A stretch of 64,000 nt of DNA, taken from the NCBI GenBank assembly GCA_964188305.1, contig OZ076886.1; one strand, 5' to 3'. Position numbers and translations under genes: made by a program. This DNA is from Podarcis bocagei. Its lineage: Eukaryota. The notes beneath the pieces are model-generated. The model saw nothing but the letters and a program-made list of their open reading frames with translations, ran no database searches and had not been told where the DNA came from. This document shows positions 37,064 to 51,002 of the stretch, in pieces. Positions within the stretch are counted from its first letter, which is position 1. Every line of letters begins with the position of its first letter.

Positions 37064-38420
37064 CTTACACAAAACAGGGGAGAAGAGGAAAGAGGTGCAG
37101 CTTCTTAGTTCTTACGTATATATTTTCAATTCAGAACTATATAAGTACTATAGTTTTAATACTGCCATCCATACAGTCTATGCTAACCCCTAGGACTCTT
37201 ATGTCTTGACTCTCCAGAGAGGGTAAGTGTACCATCCCAAAGTGGGGCAGAAACCAAAGGAAAACCACGGAAAATATGGTGGAGCCCTGTAAATTACCTG
37301 AACAGGCAGGAAAGGGTGAAGTACCTCACAGCAAGAACATGAGTAATTAAGGCCAGCATCAGCACTTAGCATTATGGACCACTGGCAACTCTGATGCACT
37401 TTGGAAGGGCCCACCATGTTACTTTGGCCTAAATTGTATTTGTGAACTGTCTGTGTCCCTCAGTACCCCTGATACTGCCATCAAGGCTTTGTGGAAAATG
37501 TAAAACAGTGGCCAGCCTGCAGCCACCTGTTGCCACCAGTGCTCTCCACCACCATTGGTGAGCCCCCAGAGAAGGCTACAAAGCATTGGGGGCCCACTAG
37601 GCCGCACTTTGCTGAGGATTCCAATGGACCCAGATCCGGCATGATATTAACAGACATACTTGCAGAGGCAATGATTGCAGTTAAGCAGAAATTTAGCTTA
37701 CAATTCAAATGCTGGTGCACAGAAATTCTCACAGAAGCACTTTTAAGGACCACATTATCTGGGAATGTGGCCATGTCTGTACCTGTCTCTTCTTTCTGAA
37801 CAGGAAATGCTGTACTTCTCCCACTTGTAAAGGATAGTAACATCTGTCCTACCAACTGTAACTCATTAGCAAATTTAACTGCATTTCCACCACCTAGCTC
37901 CTAAAATTATTCAGCTACTTCATAAATTTTCCAATATTGGAAATAATGTTCTCAGCATCCAACAAAGCTATATGGTGCATAGGAGAGGAGATTAGTCATT
38001 GAAGGTTTTCTGGCTACTTCTTCTCTCAGCAGTTTTCCAGAATTTATAGTTATGTAACTGTTTTATGCTACTTATTTGCACGTTTAGTCTTTCATGCAAA
38101 TGCCCTGCCAATTTTTTCTTCCTTTCCAACCAATATCCAACCAATACTCTGATCCCTAAGTAACTCCCAGGAAATTTAACAGTGCAATTATTTTCTCAGC
38201 CAAGGATAGCTTGCTGTTCCAATAAATTCTTCCTTCTTTTCACTCTGTATCATTTATTTTTAAAGCTAAGATGTCGAACAGGTTGGTCACATCTATTTAA
38301 GCACACCTACACAGCAGACAAAAATGTATATAGAGCTTTTATCTGAATTTATCTGAATTATTAGTCACAAGGAGCATGAGCATGAGAAGAGATATTTCAT
38401 ATATATATTATACATTATAA

Positions 38421-38496
38421 GGCAGTGGAAGACAGGAGTGCCTGGCGTGCTCTGGTCCATGGAGTCATGACACGACTAAACAACAACAACAACAAC
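38421..38496 (+). mobile_element. BovB (RTE) 3' end with (CAA)n tail
   Basis: GGCAGTGGAAGACAGGAGTGCCTGGCGTGCTCTGGTCCATGG..GACACGACTAAA(CAA)n. Confidence 0.8.
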
Positions 38497-38533
38497 ATAT
38501 ATTATAATATATAACAACATATATTATAATATA

Positions 38534-38760
38534 CAGTGGCACCTCGGGTTACAAATACTTCGGGTTACAAAAGCTTCAGGTTACAGACTCCGCTAACCCG
38601 GAAGTAGTACCTCGGGTTAAGAACTTTGCCCCAGGATGAGAACAGATATGGCGCGGCAGGGGAGGCCCCATTAGCTAAAGTGATACCTCAGGTTAAGAAC
38701 AGTTTCAGGTTAAGAACGGACCTCCAGAACGAAGTAAGTTCTTAACCAGAGGAACCACTG
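38534..38760 (+). mobile_element. Tigger-like MITE, copy 3
   Basis: TA|CAGTGGCACCTCGGGTTA ... TAACCAGAGGAACCACTG|TA. Confidence 0.88.
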
Positions 38761-39857
38761 TATATTATATATATTATAACACAAAATATATATAACACAA
38801 AAACAAAACACCTATATATATATATATATATACACATACACACACACACACATATGAGTGTGTGTGTCATTTAAATATCAAGGTATTTTGTTTTTGCTTT
38901 TACAGTACAGGCAATTTCAGCCTTAGATCAGACCAGGAGGAAGACTTGAGACTCTGTGCCACAGACTGTCAATAATCTTTCCGCAGACCTATCTCAGATT
39001 TTTCACATTATTCTGGAACCTCCAGAAAAGCCTCGCAGAAGCAAACACCAAAGGGAAATTCTTTGTTGTTCACTACTGCTTCATTGGCAGCTGGCATTTC
39101 AATTTGCTCAATTTGCATTGTTGTGAGTACACATAGAACTTGCAGGAACAAGCAACCTTGCATGACTTTTGCATGTTGGAGTGTGGAGCAGAAGCTATGG
39201 AATATACCAGCTTGGGCCCAAAATTGGGCTTGGGCCCAAAATGGATTACTTTAAAGCGGCATCTATGATTCTATTATTTGTGGACTCTAAAAAACATTAT
39301 GTTTTGCTCTTAAAGAGAGTTATGGAGGTCAACAAACAATAGTTGCTGAAGTAAACCTATTCTTGTTGCCCTTGATTTATTAGCTAGCTGCTTCACCTGT
39401 AAAATTCAAGGGCAGAATGTGTGTGTGGGGGGGGGGAATCTTTCTTATACTAAAAATGCACAATTATATATATAAAAAACCAATGTGCCAATGCTATCAA
39501 TATATTATACCAGGGTTCTTAGAACTCATCTTACTAAAAGTCCAACAGTTAAAACATATGGCAATCTATTTAGGCCAACTTGCATCTATACGACTTCTTT
39601 TTTTACCCCATCATATATCAAGTGCAAACATATCTCTCAGAATATGTCATGGCTGGGATAAGATGGCTTGCCAATATATACCTATGGTTGAAGAATTCTG
39701 TGTGCAGAGTTTCTGAATCAAGCGCTCTTCATCAGCATATACATGCTAACAGAGCAAAACCAACAGATCTGAACTGCAGCACAAGCTTTAGGAAATGAGG
39801 TTACAGAAAGGTTGTGCTTGCTCATCTTCAATATGCACACAAGAGAGCAACACTTAC

Positions 39858-39982
39858 TGGTATCACTTTCCCATCTTCATCACAGACACACATGTTGACT
39901 TCTATGTTTCTCTGTGAAGTTTTATTAGACTTATCCAGGTCTCCATTTAGCAAGGTAATGTAGATGTCATTTCTTATATCGC
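39858..39982 (-). CDS. DOCK2: DOCK2 exon 14 (125 nt), start of DHR-1
   Basis: tcatag|...|gtaagt; [41 protein letters not shown]; basic loop residues retained. Confidence 0.94.
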
Positions 39983-41276
39983 CTATGAAATAAATTCAAA
40001 AGGGGTAGATACCGGGACAGAAAGGACTGAAAGCAGCTTAGGTGACAGAATGCATAAGATCCATGCCTTGCCCTACTCAGTGATATACTGAAGTGTGAAT
40101 GTTCAAGGAAGAAAATGAAATTCGGCTTTGATGTCCATTATCAAACTTTTATAGTCTTGTCAGGAAAGAGCTTTACATTGCTTCTACAGCGATATGTAAT
40201 TCTCATCCTACAATGACACCTCCTGGTGAAGAACAGCAAAGGCACACCAGAAAGAGGGAAGAGTGTCATGCAGATTTGAAAGACCTATGCAATTAGTAAC
40301 ATGTTGCTGTAAATTTAATTTGTGAATCACTTTTTGTGTAAGTTTCAAGGTGGTCTATAATCAAACAGTAAAAATGACAAAATATAGGTTTAAAAACAAC
40401 ACAACTCTGCAAGGCAGAGACCTAAAAGAAATAGTACAAAGCAAAACTCCCCTTCAAATTTTAGGGGAGGGGACGAAAGTTGGGATGGGGAAAAGTCACC
40501 GACTGCAAATGGGACCATTTCACCACCAAACTAATTTTGAAACAGAAGAGAAGCACAAGGCAGCTTTTGATACAGGATGACTGTCTGTTGTATTTTTTTT
40601 AAGGAATCAAAAATAGGGTTGATTGAAAAGTTGTCAAAACTCTTTTGGCTTGAAATGAAGGAAATACACACAGGCAAAAGATTTCATGAACCAGCACCCT
40701 GACTCACCCTTTTCACCACCACTGCCTGCTTCATGGTCCTGGGGACAACAGTATTCATACAGTGGCTGCAGTGATTGTGAGGCACCATTTCCCTCTCTCC
40801 CCCTCCCCACTACCAGCTGGATCCAGAATGAGGACAGAAAGCTTTGCCTTCACTCTGATGTCACTATGTCATCATGAAGCCAATTGCCTTTTGATCTCAC
40901 TCGGGGGCCTTTTGTAGCGGGGGATTGGAACCACCAGCCAGTGAGACTCTTAGAAGCATGATGGTGCAAGTCACAACTTCACAGCACACTTTATCACCCA
41001 CCCCAAATTGCAGAACCACCCCAGGCAATGTCACAGCAGGAAAAATATGGGTGGTGAAGCTGGTCTCAAAGTATTGCAACAGAAGAGGAAGTCAGGGCAT
41101 GAAGTTCCATAAAGTCCCATTAAGGCATTACCACTAATTTATAGGAAAATTGAGAAATAAAAGTCCCAGTAAAAACATTACTGTTGCTTTCAGCACCTCA
41201 GAACAGACTTTCTTTGGGTGGTTTCATTTGTAAAAAGAAAATAGCCAGCTTCTAAGCAGAAGCAAAAACCTCATAC

Positions 41277-41402
41277 CTGGCATGATTATTTCCGGAAAAC
41301 CAAGCTTCCTAGCAACAACTGTTGTCCTGTCAACAAGATGAGGGTAGTCCTTCCTAATCTGAGTAGTGTCTCCAACAAGCATTTTCATAGTTACCCATAG
41401 CC
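41277..41402 (-). CDS. DOCK2: DOCK2 exon 13 (126 nt)
   Basis: ctacag|...|gtatga; [41 protein letters not shown](G). Confidence 0.95.
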
Positions 41403-41478
41403 CTGTAGAAGAAAAGAAGACAATATTTATAGTCCAATGCAGACTATCATTTCAAGAAAAGCCTGCTGAGGTACTTTG

Positions 41479-41874
41479 TGCCATGAGCCAGGACTCAGCT
41501 TAACCTGCTAATCAGAAGGCGAAGTGACTCTACCTGCTGCTGATCAGCCTTCAAGGACACAGAGGAGAAGGCACTGATGAGAATCAGCTGGCTTCAGCCT
41601 TCTTAAGCAGAGCTTCCAGCAGCATTCAGGTGCTGGTAACAATGCTTGCAGTTTCTGGCCCTACCTTGCTGATTCCTTGACCCTTCACCCCATGATCATC
41701 GGATTCCCTGACCCCTGGACCATGTGGATTGCTGTTCATCCACCCCTAGGATTGGACCTGACTTTGGATGCTGCCTCTGCCTCCAGGCAAGTACATGTCA
41801 GAGATTGTTCTACTTGGCTGATCTCCCACTCCAGTGAGCTCTGCACATTGTTCCTCAGAAATGAGATCATGACA
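41479..41874. mobile_element. Probable solo LTR (Gypsy-type)
   Basis: About 400 bp bounded by TGCCATGA ... TCATGACA (TG..CA with short inverted termini); TSD degenerate. Confidence 0.5.
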
Positions 41875-42538
41875 CCTTAGTTCACAAGCCACAAATCTAC
41901 AGGCATAGTTACATTAACCACATCTTTCCAGCAAGGAACTCATAGGGCCTGTTAGGCCTCCCCATTTGACCAATGAGGGCATTTTGGCTAAGCCATGTCT
42001 ATCTGCCCCACACAAGATGTTAGGTGTGGAACAGGTAAAGATGTGGCTTGGTGATAGTGGGGTGGCAGGTACCAATCAGATGATCATCAAAGCTAGCACA
42101 GCACTGTACACAGAAAACTAGACATCAGGGCTTCCCTAACGCTGTGCAAAAAAAGGCTGACCTGCTGTTACTGTGCCATCAGGTGACTGACAGATGGGTG
42201 ACCTTGCCCACCTGTGAAACCTGGTCCACTGGGAAGGGGAGTCCACTGGCCATCTAGTTCCCCACCTCTTACATCAGGTGACAGCACATCTGTCTTAGAA
42301 GCTTAAGCTTGCTGCTATTTGTAAGAATCAGCACTTCTATGTGAGCTGCTGTCGTTAAGCAAATCATAATCTAAGTACATATACCTACCCACATAAGAGT
42401 GCCTGTCACAGAATTCTTGCCTGCTCCTAAGGCATTCAACTTGGCACCAGGTGAAATGCAAACTGGTCCTAAGGTCTGTCAATAATGCCTTTAGGTTAAA
42501 GTGAGTGGGGGTTAAGAGCAGACACCAATATGCTTTAC

Positions 42539-42606
42539 CTTGTCCATCACCTTTGAGTGTTGTGACCTTGCTTAAGAGGTTATGCAAAAAATCATTCTCT
42601 GACACT
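42539..42606 (-). CDS. DOCK2: DOCK2 exon 12 (68 nt)
   Basis: ctctag|...|gtaaag; VSENDFLHNLLSKVTTLKGDGQ(G); phases fit both neighbouring exons. Confidence 0.9.
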
Positions 42607-43071
42607 CTAGAGGAAAAAGAAGAAGGAAAATGTATCTGTAAAAATAAACCATTAATACAAGCATGCAGTAAGCTGAACAGGAAGGACAATTGGAGGATGT
42701 ATGTACAAATGTTTGTTCCATTTCCTCCACCCAATACTTGAATTTGCAACAATGGGAGGAATTCAAAATTGTGCTATGCCAGAAGGAGCGATCCCTGGTC
42801 TCCCTCCCTCTGCACTGTTCTGGGAATTCTCTTTCTAGCCAATTTGGGGCTGAGGGTTTAGGGGGTATGCTCAAGGAAGGCTTTGCACAGGGCTTCTGTG
42901 GTGGGACTCCAGCCCGATACACCTGTAGAACCTAACCTAACCTCCCTCACAGTGTTGTAGTGCAGATAGAAATGTAGAGGAAGAAGCATGCATGCCACCT
43001 TGAGCGCCTTGGAAGAAGGGTGGAATATACATGCGATAAAAAAATATAATTAATTAATAAAAAATTCTTAC

Positions 43072-43147
43072 GGGTGAAAAGGAATGAAATGTTGCTTCTC
43101 TTCGTCGCTTTCTGCTTTTCCTTTTACGATGTCTGTAATATCCATAA
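43072..43147 (-). CDS. DOCK2: DOCK2 exon 11 (76 nt)
   Basis: ccccag|...|gtaaga; [24 protein letters not shown](P). Confidence 0.94.
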
Positions 43148-44061
43148 CTGGGGGTGGTGAAGAAATAATCCGTCCAAATGTGCATGAAAGAAATGGACAA
43201 ACAAGTAATTCCTCTTCTTGTTAGGATCAAATACCTCATCAATTTCATAGAGTTGGACTGTAGACAAGTATTATACTGCAGATTATACTCTCAAGCTTAT
43301 TATGCAAATTCATTCCAAATAGCTTCAAATGTAATTACTTTACCACATATTTTTTTAAAAATGCAAGTTTCATTTTCTAGTGTAGTCCAAGTCTAATCGT
43401 TCTAACAATATCAAACTCTGCAATGTTGGCCAAATCTAACAAAACACATAGTCTTAAGTATGGCCAGTTTGCTGCCAAGGAAGTTCCTCCTACTGTGATG
43501 CTGATCTATAACCAGGGAAAACATTTTGTGTGTTCTCAATTATTCAGAACTTACAAAAATAATTAAATTATTTGCCTCTGATTCCTGCCTCATCAATTAA
43601 TTTAATCATGTAGCAATGAAGAACAGCCAATAAATACCAGAGCCCTAGGTAGATGGTAATTAACTTGACTTCAAGGAAGCTGAGACAGCTAATTCGTTGT
43701 GCATTCTTAAATAATACATTAGCATTCAGCTTTTGCTTATGCGCATTACATCCCTACAGTTTCTTTTTGTTACCCTATAAAACTTCAATGTGGCATCCTA
43801 TGCTGAGGTATTCCCCCCCCAAAAAAAAAATTTGTTTAGAGCATTTCATCCTGTACACCTTTTCCACACCCGGGAGATTTCATGTACACATCTCCAACAA
43901 AAGGCCATGTACAAATTTCCATTTCTCTGCCACAATCCTGCCCACACTACTGCAGTCTTGTGGACTTTTTTGAAGTGAATGTTCACTAAAGAGCTTCAAA
44001 GAATACCTTCACCTAACAATACCACCCTGATCAAATTTAGGAAGGAAGAAGAGTGCAAAAG

Positions 44062-44540
44062 CTCCCAAGGGAGTCTGTTTTACTGTCAAAGGGTTCTCAC
44101 TGTCAGAAAGTTCCTCCTGATGTTCAGTCGGAATCTCCTTTCTTGCAACTTGAAGCCATTAGTTCTAATCCTACCCTCCGGAGCAGGAGAAAACAAGCAT
44201 GCTCCCTCCTCCATGTGACAGCCCTTAAGATATTTGAAGATGGCTATCATATCTCCTCTCATTCTTCTCTTTTCCAGGCTAAACATACCCAGTTCCTTCA
44301 AGCGCTCCTTATAAGGTTTAATTTCTAGACCCCTGATCATATTGGTTGCCCCCCTCTGCACAAGTTCCAGCTTGTTAAATTGTGGTGCCCAGAACTGGAC
44401 ACAGTATTCCAGGTGTGGTATCACCAAGGCAGAATAGAATGGTACTATTACTTCCCTTGATCTGGAGACTAGACTTCTGTTGATGCAGTCTAGAATAGCA
44501 TTAGGTTTTTTTGCTGCTGCATGACACTGACTCATGTTGA
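44062..44540 (-). mobile_element. CR1 ORF2 C-terminal fragment
   Basis: ORF 44086..44535: [59 protein letters not shown], the canonical CR1 ORF2 tail. Confidence 0.92.
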
Positions 44541-44917
44541 CCTACCATCATTAAAGGAGGGGGGCAGAGTCATGATCCAAATACACCTTACACCAGTGGC
44601 TGTATGCCTATGACGAACTATGACAAACTTAGAGTAGACCCACAGAAACATTTCAATGGGTGTATGCTGAATATGACAGCCAGTTACAGCCCCACGTATC
44701 TTCCCACATACAGGGTGGGGAGGAACGATGTTGCCAATTTTCACATCCATTGGCAGCCCTTTATGCATAATACAAGGCCTCTTTAGAGGAACCGCAACTT
44801 TCAGAGGCAGCTTTTTAGGGGTCGGGGCTTTAAAAGACAAAAAGTAGTTTAAAAGCCGCAGTGTACCTGAGGAAGACCATGCAACCCTGTTTGGATCCTG
44901 TCCACGTATTTTCTTAC

Positions 44918-45053
44918 CTGCCACTCCAAAAGGTCGTCTTATGCCCTGGGTATATTTTCTTGTATTACTGTCTTTAAGATCCATTCTTCCAACCCGTACA
45001 ATCTGGCAAATCAAATAAATTTTTTCTCTTCCGAGATCCTTGTTTCCAAGATC
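44918..45053 (-). CDS. DOCK2: DOCK2 exon 10 (136 nt)
   Basis: tgtcag|...|gtaaga; [45 protein letters not shown](V). Confidence 0.94.
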
Positions 45054-46842
45054 CTGACATTTGTGAAATCAAAGACCAATTACAAGAGTCACAATGAAAT
45101 TCCATACCATGTAGAGATTCATAATATATAGGTACTAAGAGTGGTGCAATAATGTTTCAATAATGGAAAGGACATGTTTTCATTTAAAGGAAAACATCAG
45201 TTCAGAAAACTGGATTTGACTGACATGAAATCTGGATTCAAAGTATGCATCAACTTCAAAGCAAGAAGCTAAGTGAAGCCAGTGAGAAATAAGTCGCTGC
45301 ATGATCAATCAATCAGCAGACCTTCACCCAATTTGATCCAACATTTTCAAAATACTTTCAAGTTCACTGAAGCAAATGACGAACTACATCAGAATCAGTT
45401 TGACCTTTCTAACAGGGCATGTGGGGTGTGAGAGAGAAGGAACCAAATGTATTGATCTCTCGGAGTTCTGAAAATGAAGGTGAATTTTCAGAAGTCTTTA
45501 TATACAATTCCTTCACACACTATTTATTAGGGTCGCAACCTAAAAGACTGCAAATACAATCCTCATACTCAACTTTTCATTTGCTCTGAGCTGGAGGTTT
45601 TACATGCCACCCTCAACCCCCGCCTCCTGCAAAAAAAAACCCTGATTTTTAAACTCATCCAAAGTTAAACTGTAGTTGAGGATTTGTTTCAAGAGTTTGA
45701 TAAGAAAACTAAGGAGATAAATAGAAATGTCCCTTTCAAAAATTCACAAGCCCAATCCCCCAGCTGCTTTTTAAACTGGGCAGGGTGGTGTGGGGAATTC
45801 AAGAAGTAGTCTTGAAATCTTGCAGAGTATCTGGTTCTATGAGAGAAGCTTCCTGGAACAAGAGTGTTCACAGGTTTCGCTGACTGGCCTTGAGTTTTCT
45901 ATGCATTCTGCTTTTTCTAAAATTAAACATGATTAAACTGAACAGCCACAAGTTCATTAAGCTTGTATTGGAGGGGGGAAATATTATTGGTCCCTTGGTG
46001 ACAAATAAGGTGTTTTTTTTCTTCCCTGGGTGATATGCATAAGCAATAATTTACTGATGTCCTTGAGTAATCAGAATAGGAATTGTATGTCTCAGTGATT
46101 TCAATCACCTCTTCTGTTTAGTGTAACATCTGTCTACAAGATTAATAGAGGTATTTTCCCTGTACTACAGTATTAACTTCTGCCAAATATAGCTACGAAC
46201 AAGCTAATATCATACGGGTCAATTACTGCTGAGTCCTGACCAGCATCTATTCTACTAGGTCATGTATCTAATGAAAGCAAAATACAATGGCATATTATTC
46301 ATCCTGAAAGAGATGAAGAGTGCAAATGGAGCTGAAAGCAAAGTTGAATTCAAAGCAGTTTAATACAGCATAGGCCCCCAAGGATTTAGACTTGGAACTA
46401 ATGTTCCAGATGCGTGGAAATGTTTCCTCTATGTATCCTGGCTAAGAAATGTTACTGTTTATTATTTTAGCATTAGTTTTCTGATAGACACATGACTATG
46501 TTTCTGAAAAATTATTCAGTGTATTATCATTGTGCTGATGAGCATACTGACAGTACGATCCTATACATTTTTCATTTTCTTCCAGGTAAATTTGTATAGG
46601 GCTGCAGTCTAAGACATCTCTCAACCTGGGCCACATACAGTTCTACATGTATTAGGTATATTAAGTCAGACCAGACTAAACTAGGCACTCTATCCTGTCT
46701 CCTGAAAATCTAACAATTTTTAAAATATAGAACAGAACATCCTGGAGATGTGACAAAATTTGAAAAATGCTTGATTCGATAAGCTTTCCAGAAAAATGCC
46801 ACTGGCAGTTAAGTACTTATAGTAAAGATACAAGCTACTCAC

Positions 46843-46924
46843 GGTGAAAACCACCTTCAGATTGTTGAAATTGTCGATTTCTTTCACAAAACCTTTGCTC
46901 CCCCATCTCACCAAGTAATTTTCA
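46843..46924 (-). CDS. DOCK2: DOCK2 exon 9 (82 nt)
   Basis: aaacag|...|gtgagt; [27 protein letters not shown]. Confidence 0.94.
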
Positions 46925-48405
46925 CTGTTTAAAAAGAACACATTGTGTTATACTCTGTATGACTGGGTCATCTAATAGCTTCACAAAGCATAATTGGCAA
47001 ATAACATTATATAATACACATTGCTCTGCACAAATCTGAACACCTGACAATGCCACTTCTATAAATTGACTCTTATTCAGATATATACCCCATTCTTTGC
47101 TTTTGACAAGCACATTCTAAAGACAAAATAATGGCATGCCATGAAGGCTGGTGTCTAGATAATTAAGCAAGAAATAAGGTTGGAAAATATATTGTGTCTG
47201 CACTTTAAAAAATGCTATAATGGATAAGCAGCTAAGGCCCCATTAATGGTTTTGAGACATGAAAGTATCTTCCTTCTAGTCTTATCCTACACATGGCCGC
47301 TGAGACATAAATACCGTTAACTTCAGCGGAGTTTATTTCTAGCTAAGTATTCACAGGATTTTAGACTAAGAAGGGGTTCAAAGGCCACTTTCCTGGAAAT
47401 ACTTCCAAAGTAGTAAGGGTGCAAAAACGAGATCAAATTCAAAGAAGAATGCACAAGGCAGCTCAGACTAGAAGAAAAAAAGCACTCAAATGTGTTTAGT
47501 TCTACAATAGCATAAAAGCAAATACTGTATATATTTAAGAGTATAGCTTTCTTCAGTATTGTTGTGAAATTTTATAACTGGATCCTGTGGATGGGTTCAG
47601 AGGTCAGTTCCTGGATTCATAGCCTGGTTTCCCCCAAGCACAACTCCACTCAGGAGATGCTCCAGTCAGCAGGAGCAAAGTCTGGATCTAAGCAATAAAG
47701 AATGGTGGTTTCCAAGAGATCATGCTGTCTTACTGGCTCTATATGTTACTATTTTCGCTTGGTATACTACTTATACTAAACCTTCCAAATCTTCTGTCAA
47801 AGAATTCACTAGCATGGATAAGTTCAAATGCTGCAAGCCACCAGAGTCATTTGAAGCTTCCCAATGTTCTCAGTGTAAATTCACCTAAGCTCCATTGTTC
47901 AGTTTATTTTTGCACATTTAAAGATATGTAATAAATAAGTAGGCCCAACATTACCTCGTTCCTTAATATTTTGGAACATGCTTATAATGCAATTGAATTC
48001 CATACTAATATAATTTATTTATTGCTTATTTTATATTGTTCTTCCTCCCAGAGCTACTTAAAATGCTTAATTGTAGACATTTTGGTTTTTTTCCTTTTCT
48101 GTTCTATCTTTTCCCCTTCTCTTTTATAGTATGAATATTCATTCTGTCTTCGATTCTTTGACTGTTCTGTCCCTTAGGGTTCCAAAACACCTAATGAACA
48201 CTGAAATTACAATTGCAAAGATTCTCATTGATAGTGTGAAAGTCTATTTAAAGTACCTGACAATTTGCAATCTCTTTAAGCTGTGAAATGTGTGTGTGTT
48301 TTCATTTTCAAGGGATCATTCTTAGACCTCACACATTTATCCGAAAAACACTTGTCAGCTTGGCAAGGAAGATTGACACCTCACACCAGCAAAACAGCAG
48401 CATAC

Positions 48406-48560
48406 CTTATAACTGTCTGCTTCTGGGGATCATAGAGTGACATGAAAAGTTCTGCATCTTCTCCTATTCTGCAGACAAAATTCCTCACAAAGACATAAAG
48501 ACTGTGAGTGGGGGATGTAGAGCTTCTGGAGTAGGTTCCATAATCAGATTCATCCTTTGA
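48406..48560 (-). CDS. DOCK2: DOCK2 exon 8 (155 nt)
   Basis: acacag|...|gtatgc; [51 protein letters not shown](S). Confidence 0.94.
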
Positions 48561-49935
48561 CTGTGTATGAACAAATCATAAGAAGATAATGTTATCCAAA
48601 CTACACCTAGAACCTGCTTCCTCCTCTGTGTTAGGTTTCACAATCAAGCATCATTTTGGCCACAGTACACAACTTGAACCACTATATTTATCAGGTGCAG
48701 ATTTAACCTTTGCTTTCAAATTCAACAATTGATGCACTGATTTTGTGAATATTTTGAGAATCCAGTAGATGGCACTCAATGGGTGTTCCTCCTCCAGTGC
48801 AAAACATCCATTAGTGGAACAAGGAGGGTGGCAATTCCCTGCTCCAGAAGGTCCCATCAATCCTCCATAATAGATTTGGAGAGGTTGCCGAGGGGGGCGT
48901 GATGAAAAACTGAGATGGTCTCCCTTTCTGTTCCTCTGACAGAGGTCTTCATCAGTGGAAGCAGGTCACCGGGCACCATATCATTTTCCAAGTCCAACAT
49001 ATTTACAGATATAACCAGCAGTGAATTTTCAATAGAACAGATATTTTGTATTGTATGTGCTGGTTATACAATAATTTATGACACGCTATCAGTTTATCAA
49101 TGTGGCATTTATTGTGCACTTGATTTTTTTAATGATGCTCGGTCTTTGTTACTTATTAATGACATTAAATAACTATGTGAGGGTATTAAGGATATTTCCA
49201 CACAATTTAAGCACTAATTCAAAGGGTGGGCTCAAGCCTCACAGTAGATAAAGACTTCTATCCACCCAGCTACAGATAAGCTCACCAAGTTTGCCTTCTC
49301 AAGGAGGGTGTGATGCACTGGCAAACTTAATCCTGGGTTATAAAGAACAGAAGTAGCACAGCATGTCACTGTGGAACTAGGCTGCAGGAATAGACCTGAC
49401 ATTGTCATTGTTTATTTTATTTCTGCTATTTATATACCGCTTACTTATCCAGGTGTCAAAGTTTAGATGGTGCAATTGCTGCTTCTCTAATAATGAGCCT
49501 GGAAAGCTATTACTTCAAGAGGACTGAAGCTTTTTAACACACCAACAGATGATCAAGTAAGTTCCAAATGTAAAATAAGGCTACTTGGCTGGCTAAAAGG
49601 AATGGTCTTGGGGAGCAGGAAGTGAGAGATGAGCACCTAACTTTTTGAAATCTTATTTGTCACCATATCAGACTTGAATTCTCTTTTGTCTCTGTAGCAG
49701 TGATCTGTGCTAATTGGGGTAGCCTTTGCAGCTGAAAACTTAAATAAAAGATTAACAGTACAGTACATAGTAAAGATACTTTATACAAAACATTCTCAAT
49801 GTACACAATCTGGTGATGAAAAAGCTTTCACTGGCTAAAATCAGAAAACGATAAGGTTCTCATGTAATAGCCTTCCTACTATGAGAAAGGAGACTTCTAC
49901 TTGAAAGCACAGAAATGGGTGTGTAAACTTCATAC

Positions 49936-50071
49936 CATCTCCTCTTTAATCCGTTCTGTGATTTTGTTAGTAGCTTCAGCATGAGCATGAAAGAGGCTGA
50001 TGACACTGGTCTTCTCTGGATCCAAGATATTCCCATCTTCATCTCTAACTATCAGATCTAGCTCTAGTATC
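49936..50071 (-). CDS. DOCK2: DOCK2 exon 7 (136 nt)
   Basis: ttacag|...|gtatga; [45 protein letters not shown]. Confidence 0.95.
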
Positions 50072-50544
50072 CTGTAAGCATAGAGGAAATAACATCAGTA
50101 ACCTTATTTGTTTTTTAGAGCTTATATCAACCACCTTATAGAAGCATACCTTTCCAAGTCACTTAGCATTAAATAATCTGAAGCTCATGCTTGTCTTTAG
50201 ATAGTTAAATGTTATCCTTTAATATGTATTTAGGAATCACTTTTAAAATGTCTACATCCCCATGAAACAATACATCACACCAGGTGTTCAAATTTATATA
50301 TACTGGTTGACGGGCCTTGTGAAAAATCTTAAGAATGAAAACACTTTAAAATTAAACACAAACACATCTAAATAAAAAATGCCTGCCTAGAACAATATGA
50401 CATCACTATGATTTTATGAGTTCATTTCTGAAAGCAATAGTAAACCCAACTCAATCATTGTTAACATTTCTGAAATATCCCAGCTTGCAGCATACACTGA
50501 CTTGAACTGTATCAGTAGCTGTAAGACAGAACTAGAGAACTTAC

Positions 50545-50693
50545 TTGTTGCCATAGTCAATTTTGGAAGTGACTTTTTGCTTCAGTTCTTTGAGCTCATC
50601 TTTGGGCAGTGTCCCTGAGAGAAGCTGAGACCTCCACTCCATTAACTCGCACATCATAGATTGTACTTGCCGAAACCGGTCCTTCTTGTTTGC
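50545..50693 (-). CDS. DOCK2: DOCK2 exon 6 (149 nt), ELMO-binding helical region
   Basis: tttcag|...|gtaagt; [49 protein letters not shown](K); overlaps ORF 50541..50723. Confidence 0.95.
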
Positions 50694-51002
50694 CTGAAAC
50701 ATGTAACACATTTCAGATGTCAACTTATCTGAAATATCAAATGCTATTTTCTTTTATTCCAGGGATTAAACAATTATTGGATTGCAGAAAAATAAGGACC
50801 TTTCTTCTGGTATTAAAGCAAAACTATCCTACTTTCAAAAGCTACAAACGAACCAGTGCATGTAAAACCAATGTTATCATATTTACAAAGGCTTGGTGGA
50901 TAGTATTCATGCTACAGGGTGACAGAGAGATGGGATGCAACAGTGAAAATTAGAGGTAACAAGGGCAGACCTGTTTCCCCAGGATTGTGGGTGTAGCCCA
51001 CA

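Noticed and set aside
44086-45014. Two abutting long minus-strand ORFs (149 and 160 aa) that look like a gene pair
   Set aside because: One is a CR1 ORF2 fragment; the other is DOCK2 exon 10 reading through into intron
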